A stretch of DNA of 64,000 nucleotides from Candidatus Melainabacteria bacterium 17Bon1m (GTDB lineage: Bacteria; Cyanobacteriota; Vampirovibrionia; Obscuribacterales; Obscuribacteraceae). Positions 18,996 through 27,758 of this stretch are shown here, piece after piece; positions within the stretch are counted from its first letter, which is position 1, and every line of letters begins with the position of its first letter. The stretch lies in NCBI GenBank assembly GCA_032128875.1, contig JAVLKG010000007.1, positions 64,001-128,000 of the forward strand. The letters are read 5' to 3'. The notes below the pieces were generated by a model. It searched no databases and had not been told where the DNA came from. It was given only the letters and a program-made list of their open reading frames with translations. Position numbers and translations under genes: made by a program.

Positions 18996-20318
18996 TTACG
19001 CGGGCTCTTGCGCCTGAGAAGAAGCCTGCGGCTGTTTCCACCTGCGCATGATGTACAGAGTTCCAGCAATTACAAGAATGAGATTCTGCAGCAGAACAGG
19101 AAATGTCCGAATCTGTGTTCCAAAAATCGACAAATTGAAAGTGATGAAACTGACAAGCGGATACAACAACATTGTCATGCACCAAACCCTATAGGCCGGG
19201 TCTTTCTCTTTCATAACGAGCGCTGGGCTGACGGAAGGAATTGTCAAAATTGCAGCGACAGCCAGCAAAAGACAATCGTGAATATGCAGATGCGGTCCCA
19301 AGAAGAGCGCAATCGCAATGGTCACTGCCATTACCCAGTTGTGCAGCTCCGGCATTTTTGCAGACTTAACCCACAGCCAGGCGCTGAGAATAAGCCCCAC
19401 TATCATGCTGACTGTTCCGAACGTTAAGACAAGTTGGGTGGTCGGCAGATGAAGTATGTCGTACATCACGAGCGCTCTAATGTTCACCTGCTCCTCCGGG
19501 GAAATCCCTGTGAAATGCGGAGAAAGATAGACCTGCGAAACGTAGTGCACATAGTCGGGCACGCTATGCATGCCATATCTAAACAGGCTCCAGGCAAATA
19601 ATGCCGAAGCAATTGGTATTGCCGTGGCAAAAACTTTCCACTGCCGCAAAACCAAAATGGGAATCACGAGAAAGAGCGCGTAGTGAGGCTTTGTAATGCC
19701 TATCAAACCGAGCAACACACCCGTGAGCAATTGCCTTTTCTCGAAAAAACTCCAACAATAAAGCGACACAAGCGACAGACCAAAAAAAGAATATTGTCCC
19801 GATCTGAAGGCCATGAGCGCAGGAGTATTGGCGATCAAAGCGACCATAACTGCCAAACGATCGATTTTGCTAAAACGCTTTTGCGCCCAAATAAGCGCTG
19901 CTGAGCCGAGCAAGCCCAAAATCATCGAAGAGAATATCCAGACAGAATAGGCATTACCGAGCGAGAGCAAGCTCAACGGCGCGATAAGAAGATAAAACGT
20001 CGGAGGATAGGGAACCGAAAATGCGATGTCGGTATGCGCTGGAGCGACAATCTGATTGAGTACCGCAAGCTGCGAAGTGAGGCTGTACAAGTCTCCGCCT
20101 GCAAAACCCAACTTCGCTGCTTCGTAATAGCCAACGAAGTCGGACAATCGAAGCGACCCTTCCCCTTTCATAATCAGATCAGGTGGCGAGGTGGCGAAAA
20201 AGAAAAGAACATTGCCGGCCCACGCAAGGATCATCGAGAAATAAGCAAATTGAATTTTGGACGGTTGAAAATCGTTTTTCTTCCCGCTGGGCTTCCCCTC
20301 AGCAGTATCAACTTGCAT
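18996..20318 (-). CDS. Glycosyltransferase family 87 (DUF2029-like) polytopic membrane protein
   Basis: DFVGYYEAA, YPPTF, GQYS, KPH, PHLHIHD motifs; many TM helices. Confidence 0.85.
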   Translation of the reverse strand: MQVDTAEGKPSGKKNDFQPSKIQFAYFSMILAWAGNVLFFFATSPPDLIMKGEGSLRLSDFVGYYEAAKLGFAGGDLYSLTSQLAVLNQIVAPAHTDIAFSVPYPPTFYLLIAPLSLLSLGNAYSVWIFSSMILGLLGSAALIWAQKRFSKIDRLAVMVALIANTPALMAFRSGQYSFFGLSLVSLYCWSFFEKRQLLTGVLLGLIGITKPHYALFLVIPILVLRQWKVFATAIPIASALFAWSLFRYGMHSVPDYVHYVSQVYLSPHFTGISPEEQVNIRALVMYDILHLPTTQLVLTFGTVSMIVGLILSAWLWVKSAKMPELHNWVMAVTIAIALFLGPHLHIHDCLLLAVAAILTIPSVSPALVMKEKDPAYRVWCMTMLLYPLVSFITFNLSIFGTQIRTFPVLLQNLILVIAGTLYIMRRWKQPQASSQAQEPA

Positions 20319-20514
20319 TCTGCGCAGTTCCTCGCTCCATGTGAAAGGCTGCTCTTTCCCCTGCCACCGTTAATGATGGCACAATTTCGAAAAGACAGAT
20401 AATCAATGCGCTGTTTTAGCTAGGTACATATTACTGAAACCCAGTTATAATGCTGCGTGGCAAGCCCTACGCTCGTATATCGTACAGCTATCAAAGAATA
20501 GCCAAGGAGTAGCA

Positions 20515-21231
20515 ATGCAGATTCACCCACTCGTCCCTATGCGCAAGGCTGCTGATCTTTTGGGTGTTGAGAAAGACCAGCTCAAAGCAAAATTAGTCTC
20601 TGGAGAAATCAGAGGAGAGCAAAGACGAGTCGGCTCCAAGGACAAATGGTTTGTGTACGCAGGCGAAGTCAGCAATCGCATTGATACCGAACGCCTGCCC
20701 GAACTGATGAGACGCACTGACGGACAGTTAGCTCTGGAAGTCGAGACTGTGCTGGAGCCCGATCCAGCGACATTAGAGAACCTAGACACTTTCTTCGAAG
20801 AAGCACGGGAAGAATTGGCTACCCAAGCAGTGCAAAACATCGAAGTGACGCAGGCATCTGCGATGACAAATTCCGATGCCGCTGCAATCACGAACGAAGT
20901 CAAAGCAGGTTTGCCTGCAACTACCGAGTACAATCACATTTTTGAGTCTCTGACAGTCGTCTTCGCGCAGCGCCTTTCCGACGAATATCAGAAGGTTTTG
21001 ACAGCAGAACAAAAGGCAAAAACCGCCGAAACCCGCGTCAAAGCCGCAGAGCAAAGAGCCAAAGCATACGAAGAAAACATCAAGCGCCTTGAAGTTCAAA
21101 GAGACGAAGCGCAGTATTTGGTGGATGAAAGAAACTCAGCAATCGCCGAGATGGAAGCTCAAGTACGGGAATTGCAGCAGCAATTGACGGCGAAAAAACC
21201 GACTTTCTGGCAGAAATTCTTCGGAGTCTAG
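20515..21231 (+). CDS. HTH + coiled-coil protein with C-terminal amphipathic tail
   Basis: MRKAADLLGV...G N-terminus; heptad-rich C-terminal half; ends KKPTFWQKFFGV; SD AAGGAG; TATAAT at 20446. Confidence 0.8.
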   Translation: MQIHPLVPMRKAADLLGVEKDQLKAKLVSGEIRGEQRRVGSKDKWFVYAGEVSNRIDTERLPELMRRTDGQLALEVETVLEPDPATLENLDTFFEEAREELATQAVQNIEVTQASAMTNSDAAAITNEVKAGLPATTEYNHIFESLTVVFAQRLSDEYQKVLTAEQKAKTAETRVKAAEQRAKAYEENIKRLEVQRDEAQYLVDERNSAIAEMEAQVRELQQQLTAKKPTFWQKFFGV

Positions 21232-21473
21232 CCGAGGACGAAGGCGAGATTCAGAGCCGGCACGAAGATGACGGCGATCACGACCTCCCCCACCGACGGA
21301 ACAGGCGCAAACCAACTACCGACCATCGTAGCACCAGCAAGAAAAAAACAAATGGAAGCGCCCGCTAAAATGCACAGGCTGGACGCTGCCATTTGTTCCA
21401 ATAGGGTGCTGAAATGTCTTTTCCCGCCATTTGGAGTTACCCAAAGCCTGCCAAAAGTGAACGCGCGGTCCAA
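21228..21473 (-). CDS. Possible small membrane protein
   Basis: Two hydrophobic stretches; start uncertain, no clear SD. Confidence 0.3.
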   Translation of the reverse strand: MDRAFTFGRLWVTPNGGKRHFSTLLEQMAASSLCILAGASICFFLAGATMVGSWFAPVPSVGEVVIAVIFVPALNLAFVLG

Positions 21474-21768
21474 TTCAATTGTCGGAGTTTGCTTGCCGCA
21501 ATCGGAATTGGAACTATGGGTCAGGGTTTTGGGAATTCTCCAAGGGGTCGGGAAAAGATGCTTTTAGCATAGGCGTCGCGAGTTCAGAAATCTGCAGAAA
21601 ACCGCTGCAAATACAGAGAATCAACGATTGTGACTGACGCAAATCTGGCGTTCTTAACGCAAAATGCACTGCAACAGTGTTTCACGACAAGCTATCGCAC
21701 ACTACAAACCGCAGCATTAGCGTTCTTTACGCACTGCGATATGACTGTCTTTTCTATTCATCAAAGAG

Positions 21769-22147
21769 TGAAGTAACGCATAAGCCGGGTTCTGTGTTCG
21801 ACTGTCATCTCTCTGGGAATGTGGTCTCCCACACCCTCTAGCGGCATCGGCAACTTGGGGTGACGGGCCGCCACTTTCCCAAGCTATACCTTCGCCTTGC
21901 ACCTTCAGCGGGGTTTACCTAGCCAAGGCCTCTCGACCTTGCTGGTGCGCTCTTACCGCACCGTTGCACCCTTACCAGATCAGCGATCTTCACTTTCGCT
22001 CAGACCACTCACGAACTGGCGGTCATCATTTCTGTGGCACTATCCTCACGCTCACGCGCACTGGGAATTACCCAGCAACCAGCCCTGCGGTGCCCGGACT
22101 TTCCTCACTTCACCTTGCGGTGAAGCGCGACAGTCTGCGCTACTTCA
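21769..22147 (-). ncRNA. rnpB: RNase P RNA (bacterial class A, cyanobacterial-like)
   Basis: Minus strand carries GAGGAAAGTCCGGGC, AGTGCCACAGAAA, GGTAAACCCC and ACAGAACCCGGCTTA; P1 TGAAGTAGCGCA/TGCGTTACTTCA closes the ends. Confidence 0.97.
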
Positions 22148-22153
22148 AGAGCC

Positions 22154-22159
22154 ATTATA
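22154..22159 (-). promoter_or_regulatory. -10 box of rnpB promoter
   Basis: TATAAT on minus strand 6 nt upstream of the predicted 5' end. Confidence 0.65.
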
Positions 22160-22172
22160 TGGCATTTTGTAA

Positions 22173-22222
22173 GAGCGGCGCATGCGCCGCCCTGGCAGGG
22201 AGCCGCATGCCGCTCCCCTACG
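22173..22222. repeat. REP-like doublet
   Basis: GCGGCGCATGCGCCGC and GGGAGCCGCATGCCGCTCCCCTAC. Confidence 0.7.
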
Positions 22223-22921
22223 AACGTTGCCGATGCGGCTCCCTTACGACCATTGCGGGCAACAAAAGTGACAAGTGTCTGAACTCGCCGATGCGCCTCG
22301 CTAGCTGTAAGCGATGTGGTCTGCAGCCTCGAAATTGGTTCACGCAATAGGACTTGGCTCGCAAGGGCGCGTTTGGTTCGCGAGGGTGCGATCAGAAACG
22401 CCTTGTGTGACTCGCGGGAATGGTTTCGGGTGAAAATCCCCTTGTTGCGAATCGAGCGAAGCTCGACCAATGTTAAGGGTTTGGCGCCAGTTCGGCCAGG
22501 ATTTCGAACCAAACCTAGCGCAACCTAGCGCTTCAGAAGATGCCACCTGTGGGGGTTTCCCGTCCGCCCATAATTCAATACTAGTGAGAGCCAAAGCCCG
22601 CTCAAAGGGGCAAAAGCCTTTGTACTGCTCCTGTTTATAGATTCAAGACCGTTATTTTCCCGGAAAAATGCCGTTCTTCCGCTAGCTCGGTAACCGAAAC
22701 ATTTGGTTGCTTTTCCCCTTGGCGACCTTCTAGGGTCGACTTATCCACCTTTTAATCCTTTCTGCACAGAGAAGATTCAGTCCCTTAAACCCCTTGCGAT
22801 TCCTCCTTCTTCGAACTTAGACGTCCCGCGCGGGATGTCGGAAGGAGTATTTGCATTGGAATGGGGGGTGGTTCAGTCATGCCCACTGGAACGGGCTTCA
22901 AAAATATCCGTAAGGAGAAGT

Positions 22922-24469
22922 ATGAAAAACATGAATGACACAACCTCTAACGTGTCCGTTCTCGCGAACGGCACCAACTCCAACGTCGACAGCAGCGCTA
23001 GCCAGCCGCTGTCTTTCGAAGCCCTGCTCGCCGCCTATGACGTTCCGCGCCCGGTCGCGTACGGTCAGGTCGTGAAGGGCACCATCCTTCCTGTCGGTGA
23101 CAACGCGCACTTCTACGTGGCCATCGGCCAGAAGTCGGACGCGCTGCTGCCCAAGAAGGACGCTGGCGAACTCAAGGCCGGTGACGAAGCCGAGTTCCTC
23201 GTGGTCTCCGACGGCGAAGACGACGAGTTCACCATGCTCTCGTTCACTCGCCTCCAGCACCAGCGCGAAGTCGAAGGAGCCTGGTCCGCGCTCCTGCAGC
23301 TCGTTGCCTCTGGCGATGTCACGGAAGTGACCGTCATCGGCGTCGAGAAGCGCAAGGACGATGACCGCATCTCCGGCGTGAAGGCTTCCTTCCGTGGGCT
23401 GCTCAAGGGCTTCATTCCGCTGTCGCTCGTCCAGGGCTCGGTGGATAGTCTCATCGGGTCGTCCATCCCGGTCAAGGTGCTCAAGGCGGAAGACAAAGGC
23501 CGCTTCAGCAACATCCTCTTCAGCAACAAGGCTGCCAACGAAGCTCTCGTCGGCAACGCCATCGCCGACCTCTCGGAAGGCACGGTGGTGACGGGCACGG
23601 TCACGAAGATCATGCTCGAGAAGAAGGATGCGCGCAACGAAGGCGCTCCGCGTCGCGAAACCGGTGTGCTGGTTGAGTTCCAGCCCGGCGTCAGTGGTTT
23701 CGTGCACAAGAGCAACATCAGCGACTCGCGTGGCGTCAAGCCCAGCGATGTGCTGAAGCTCGGGCAGGTCGTGCAGGTGAAGATCATCAGCATCGACACC
23801 GAGTCGCAGCGCATCTCGCTGAGTTACAAGGATGTGGAAGCCAACCGCGAGGCGATTGCCGCGCAGCAGGCTGACGCCATCCGCAACCAGCTCGGCTCGC
23901 TGACCGCCGGCGACAAGCTGACCGGTCGCGTGAAGCGCGTGCTGCTCGAGCGCGAAACCAACCCGTCCGCCGAGAAGCGCGAGCTCGGTGCGATCGTGGT
24001 GCTGCCCAACGGCACCGAGGCGTTCTTGCACCGCAACGAGTGCTCCGACAGCCGCCTGGTCTCCATCTCTCACCTGATGAAGGTGGGCGACGAGATCCTC
24101 GTCGAGGTGAAGTTCGTCGACCTGGAAGCCGGTCGCGTTCAGCTCAGCTACAAGAAAGTGGCGGAGAACAAGGAGCGCGTGCAGTCCGTGTCGGACGAGC
24201 TGAAGAGCTCGTTCCGCTCCGGTCTCAAGGTCGGTGACCGCCGCAACGGCACCGTGGCTCGCGTCGTGCCCTTCGGTGTGTTCGTCCGCATCGGCGGCGG
24301 CATCGAAGCGCTGCTCCACGTCAGCGAAATCACCAGCGACCGCTCCCGCCAGGAAGCGGAACTCGCTGCGTTCAAGACGGGCACTCCGTTGGACGTGGTG
24401 ATCTCGAAGACCGAGGAGGACAAGGGTCACACGAAGGTGTGGGTCTCCCTCGCGCCGGAACAGGCCTAA
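22922..24469 (+). CDS. Ribosomal protein S1-like protein with five S1 RNA-binding domains
   Basis: GQVVKGTI...IGQKSDALLP; GFIPLS; GFVHKSNIS...RISLSYK; AFLHRNECS; PFGVFVRIGGGIEALLHVSEI; SD TAAGGAG at 22911. Confidence 0.88.
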   Translation: MKNMNDTTSNVSVLANGTNSNVDSSASQPLSFEALLAAYDVPRPVAYGQVVKGTILPVGDNAHFYVAIGQKSDALLPKKDAGELKAGDEAEFLVVSDGEDDEFTMLSFTRLQHQREVEGAWSALLQLVASGDVTEVTVIGVEKRKDDDRISGVKASFRGLLKGFIPLSLVQGSVDSLIGSSIPVKVLKAEDKGRFSNILFSNKAANEALVGNAIADLSEGTVVTGTVTKIMLEKKDARNEGAPRRETGVLVEFQPGVSGFVHKSNISDSRGVKPSDVLKLGQVVQVKIISIDTESQRISLSYKDVEANREAIAAQQADAIRNQLGSLTAGDKLTGRVKRVLLERETNPSAEKRELGAIVVLPNGTEAFLHRNECSDSRLVSISHLMKVGDEILVEVKFVDLEAGRVQLSYKKVAENKERVQSVSDELKSSFRSGLKVGDRRNGTVARVVPFGVFVRIGGGIEALLHVSEITSDRSRQEAELAAFKTGTPLDVVISKTEEDKGHTKVWVSLAPEQA

Positions 24470-24530
24470 CCGCCTGGGAATTCTCCTCTGCTGCTGAGAA
24501 GCATCAGGGCTGAGTTCCGGGAGTGGGATT

Positions 24531-24560
24531 GGAGGCTTCGGCCTCCTTTCCTTCTCCTTT
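24531..24560 (+). terminator. Intrinsic terminator after S1-like gene
   Basis: GGAGGC-TTCG-GCCTCC followed by pyrimidine tract. Confidence 0.75.
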
Positions 24561-25006
24561 TGTCCGGCTTTCTACTACACGAGAACGTAGGCCAATGTGT
24601 TCGCGCCAGTGATGGCAAGCACAAAACAGCTCCGTCCAGGTACAGCGAAAAACTCGAGAATTTCGCTGCATATGGGCGCGCTCGTTTATGCCTGTGAGGA
24701 CCCGCCTGTTTTAGCCGCGCCACCCTGACAACCGGATTCGTTACACCGCTAGTCTTGAAAGTCCCATATCTGGCGCCCTAAGTTTCTAATCCCTATTCTC
24801 TTTTCTTGATTCAGGAATCAAATCTTTCAGCCTCAATAATTGCTTGCCCAAAGCACTCTCACGCCCGTTTCTTTAGCGCTCCTGATGCGCGCGGCGTGCA
24901 ACTGCTTGTGGACTAAGAGGCACTGTCGGCTCCCTGGCTCGGTTTGCGGACAACAATCCAGCGAACTGAAGAACAGGCGCTGAGCCAATGACTACGGAAC
25001 ACTGAC

Positions 25007-25720
25007 ATGAAAACCATGACCGAAGTTGGAATCATGGGCGGTACGTTCAACCCAATGCACATTCGTGAATTGGCTGTTGCGCAGTTTGCCCTCGAACAGC
25101 ATGGTCTCGCCAAGGTGATTTTCGTTCCCAATGGCACGCCTCCGCACAAGAAAGTCGACGTCTTGGACCGCGAAAGCAGGTTTGAGATGGTCAAAGCGGG
25201 CGTCCGGGACAATCCCCTTTTCGAGGCTTCTCGTATCGAAATCGACCGCCCCGGAATCACCTGGACGATCGACACTCTCAAGCGGTTGAAAGAACAGCTC
25301 GGCGACAACGTCCGGCTCAATTTCATCTGCGGCGAAGACGTCATAGACAACCTGGTTCGCTATGACCGGCGCGCAGAGTTTCTCGGACTGGTGAGGCTTC
25401 TCATCTCTCCCCGCGCCAGTGAAGACGCTCAGAAGGCGCTGATCACCTGGCGTGCAACATTGCCAGAGGCGCAGATCGAGCTGATTGACTGCCCACCCAG
25501 CGGCATCAGCAGCACGCTCGTGCGCAAATGGATCCGCGCCGGCAAGTCAATCCGCTACGTGGTGCCTGCCGGAGTCGCTGAAATCCTCGAGCGCAAGGGA
25601 CACTACAAGAGCGAGATTCCTGCCGAAACCACAGCAGAAGCCGCGTTCGGAGGTCGTCAGTTTCACATCACTACTCTCAGGGTCAGCGGTCGCAGGCGAC
25701 CGTTGGCGCAAAAGAAGTAG
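25007..25720 (+). CDS. nadD: Nicotinate-nucleotide adenylyltransferase (NadD) family, HxGH motif altered
   Basis: GIMGGTFNPMH, FVPNGTPPHK, TIDTL, FICGED, ISSTLVR, SIRYVVP. Confidence 0.82.
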   Translation: MKTMTEVGIMGGTFNPMHIRELAVAQFALEQHGLAKVIFVPNGTPPHKKVDVLDRESRFEMVKAGVRDNPLFEASRIEIDRPGITWTIDTLKRLKEQLGDNVRLNFICGEDVIDNLVRYDRRAEFLGLVRLLISPRASEDAQKALITWRATLPEAQIELIDCPPSGISSTLVRKWIRAGKSIRYVVPAGVAEILERKGHYKSEIPAETTAEAAFGGRQFHITTLRVSGRRRPLAQKK

Positions 25721-25929
25721 GCGGAACCACGGCTCGATAAAACACCAGCTGCGAAGCAGATACTTAGTTGACTCGTCTTGAATGGCTTCCACAGCCTTTC
25801 TCCGACGAGTCAACTTTTTCGCCGGCTTATACTAAAGTTTATAATAAATCAGAGCATCGCAGCAGATTTTCGGTACCACATACGGTGCCGCAATGATGCC
25901 AGCGAATCGCAACTGGATTCAAATATCGA

Positions 25930-26985
25930 TCAAGAGTCTTCAGCCGAAATTTCGTCCACGAGCTTTTTGATGCCGACTATCGAAGTTTCATCGCAGTCTA
26001 TCTCTTCAACCTGTCGCAGGCATTTGTAAGACTCCTCATAGTTTCCATCAAGAGCTTCCGCTCTCGACATATGCAGCCAGGCGTTTACGTAATACGGGTT
26101 TATGTCGATTGCCTTGCGCAGAATCTTCTTTGCTTTACCTACATCACCCAGCTGAATAAAGAGACAGCCAAGATTTCCATAAGGCCATTCAAAGTCGGGA
26201 TACTCTGCAATCAAGGCTTCGAATGTCTCTCTGGCGCCATTCTCGTCGCCACTGCAGAATTGATTGAAGCCATGAATATTCGTCTGCTCTGCGACAAGTG
26301 GGACTGGATGGCGCGGAATTTTGGTTCTTAAATAGGACGCAGCCAGCTTGCCGGACTCGCCATCCGGTTCGATTTCTATTGCAAAAGCGAGTGCATCGCG
26401 GGCTTGTTCGGTCCATCCTATTTCTTTGTACTTCAATCCCAACTCGTAATACTCGGCAGCAGTCAAACCTTCCGGAACATCAAGCGGCGGCGGATCGGAG
26501 TTTTTCAATTCCGTCATTGATTCCAAAAGCTTGTTCAAATACTGGTCTACTTCGCTCTCAGCCACTCCCAGAGCGATCAACTGTTTCCTTATCTCCGCCT
26601 CGGCGTCTCCGTCAGAATCTAAACCCGCTGTAGATTGGAGCGGCCCAGCGTCATAATCAGCATCATCGGTCGCTGCCTTACGCCAGAGCTTTAACAAATT
26701 GAGGCTGAACTTCAGACTCTCGGTCATGGCGCCATCATTATCAGCTTCTTTGCCCTTCTCAGGATCTTCAGCAGAAGCCAGCGCACGCCTCATTTCACTG
26801 GACCGAGTCAAGGCTTCGACAGCCTGCTTCTGGCAGCCCATGAGCATATACAATGCGCCAAGCCGTTTATAGCCCTTAGACGTCAATCCTTCTGGCACTT
26901 CTCTGGGAGGCAGCGGCATGTTTTTACTCGGTGGATTCCAAAGCGACAAACCCAATATCAGGCAAACCAGCTCGCTCCTAAACAT
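25930..26985 (-). CDS. TPR-repeat protein
   Basis: YYELGLKY...A, WPYGNLG, KAIDINPYYVNAW TPR patterns. Confidence 0.85.
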   Translation of the reverse strand: MFRSELVCLILGLSLWNPPSKNMPLPPREVPEGLTSKGYKRLGALYMLMGCQKQAVEALTRSSEMRRALASAEDPEKGKEADNDGAMTESLKFSLNLLKLWRKAATDDADYDAGPLQSTAGLDSDGDAEAEIRKQLIALGVAESEVDQYLNKLLESMTELKNSDPPPLDVPEGLTAAEYYELGLKYKEIGWTEQARDALAFAIEIEPDGESGKLAASYLRTKIPRHPVPLVAEQTNIHGFNQFCSGDENGARETFEALIAEYPDFEWPYGNLGCLFIQLGDVGKAKKILRKAIDINPYYVNAWLHMSRAEALDGNYEESYKCLRQVEEIDCDETSIVGIKKLVDEISAEDS

Positions 26986-27098
26986 GAAAGATTAAGCGAC
27001 TGAATCTGCTCGCACAGATCACATTTACCCAGTTCGCCTTTCTATAACTATGCAATTTAAGGACATTACCAAAAGTTCTGAAAGAAACATTCAAAATA

Positions 27099-27124
27099 CA
27101 AAAATGGCACCGCATTCGGTGCCA
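27099..27124 (-). terminator. Intrinsic terminator
   Basis: TGGCACCG-AATG-CGGTGCCA then TTTTT on minus strand. Confidence 0.7.
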
Positions 27125-27165
27125 CAAACAGTTTCAATCCAAGCGAATCTAAAAGAGAAAAACGC

Positions 27166-27516
27166 CTAGAAAATGGTCATTTCAAAACCGTACGCCAGAG
27201 CAGCGTTGTAATCTTCCTCGCTAAAACCATCGCAACTTTTCGCCAGCTCATCGACGAAAACCCGCTCTTTATCAGGAAGTTCGAACTCAGCGCCTGGAGG
27301 ATTTTCAGTCGTCCACTGGAAAACAAGCTTGCAAGCTTTGTCGAATAGGGCTTCCACCCGGGTGTAAGCAGACACATATTGTGGATCAGAATAGCCAGGA
27401 ATCCTTTCCTTCAATTTAGGCAACAGATTCTTATCCAGACGGCTCTTTTCGCTGAAAAGCTCAACAGCTCCCTGCAGGAGAAGTTTTTCGTCTGCGTCTG
27501 TTTCCGTTTGCTTCAT
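27166..27516 (-). CDS. Hypothetical protein
   Basis: 116-aa ORF followed by a terminator. Confidence 0.75.
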   Translation of the reverse strand: MKQTETDADEKLLLQGAVELFSEKSRLDKNLLPKLKERIPGYSDPQYVSAYTRVEALFDKACKLVFQWTTENPPGAEFELPDKERVFVDELAKSCDGFSEEDYNAALAYGFEMTIF

Positions 27517-27758
27517 TACAAGATCTCTGTCCGTCTAGGCAGGAAATCGAGGGCTATTTACCCTCACATCCGACAAGCTTTTATGAGGATCATCTTCCCC
27601 AGAAAGGTATCGATTTATCCCATTAGCGCCTTGCTGAACACAAACTATCACAGTCTAGCCGCGAGCGCCTACCTCGATTTCGAAATTCTCGCAGAAAAGA
27701 GTACCTGTTGAAATCGGCTGCCCCATCACTTATGACACGTTTTAGTAGAAGCAGGTGG

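Noticed and set aside
21678-21693. parS-like TGTTTCACGACAAGCT
   Set aside because: Only the left half matches TGTTTCACGTGAAACA; not palindromic.
21717-22512. ORFs overlapping rnpB
   Set aside because: The region is explained by RNase P RNA, its promoter and REP palindromes.
22741-22749. DnaA box-like TTATCCACC / replication origin
   Set aside because: Single imperfect box, with no cluster or unwinding element.
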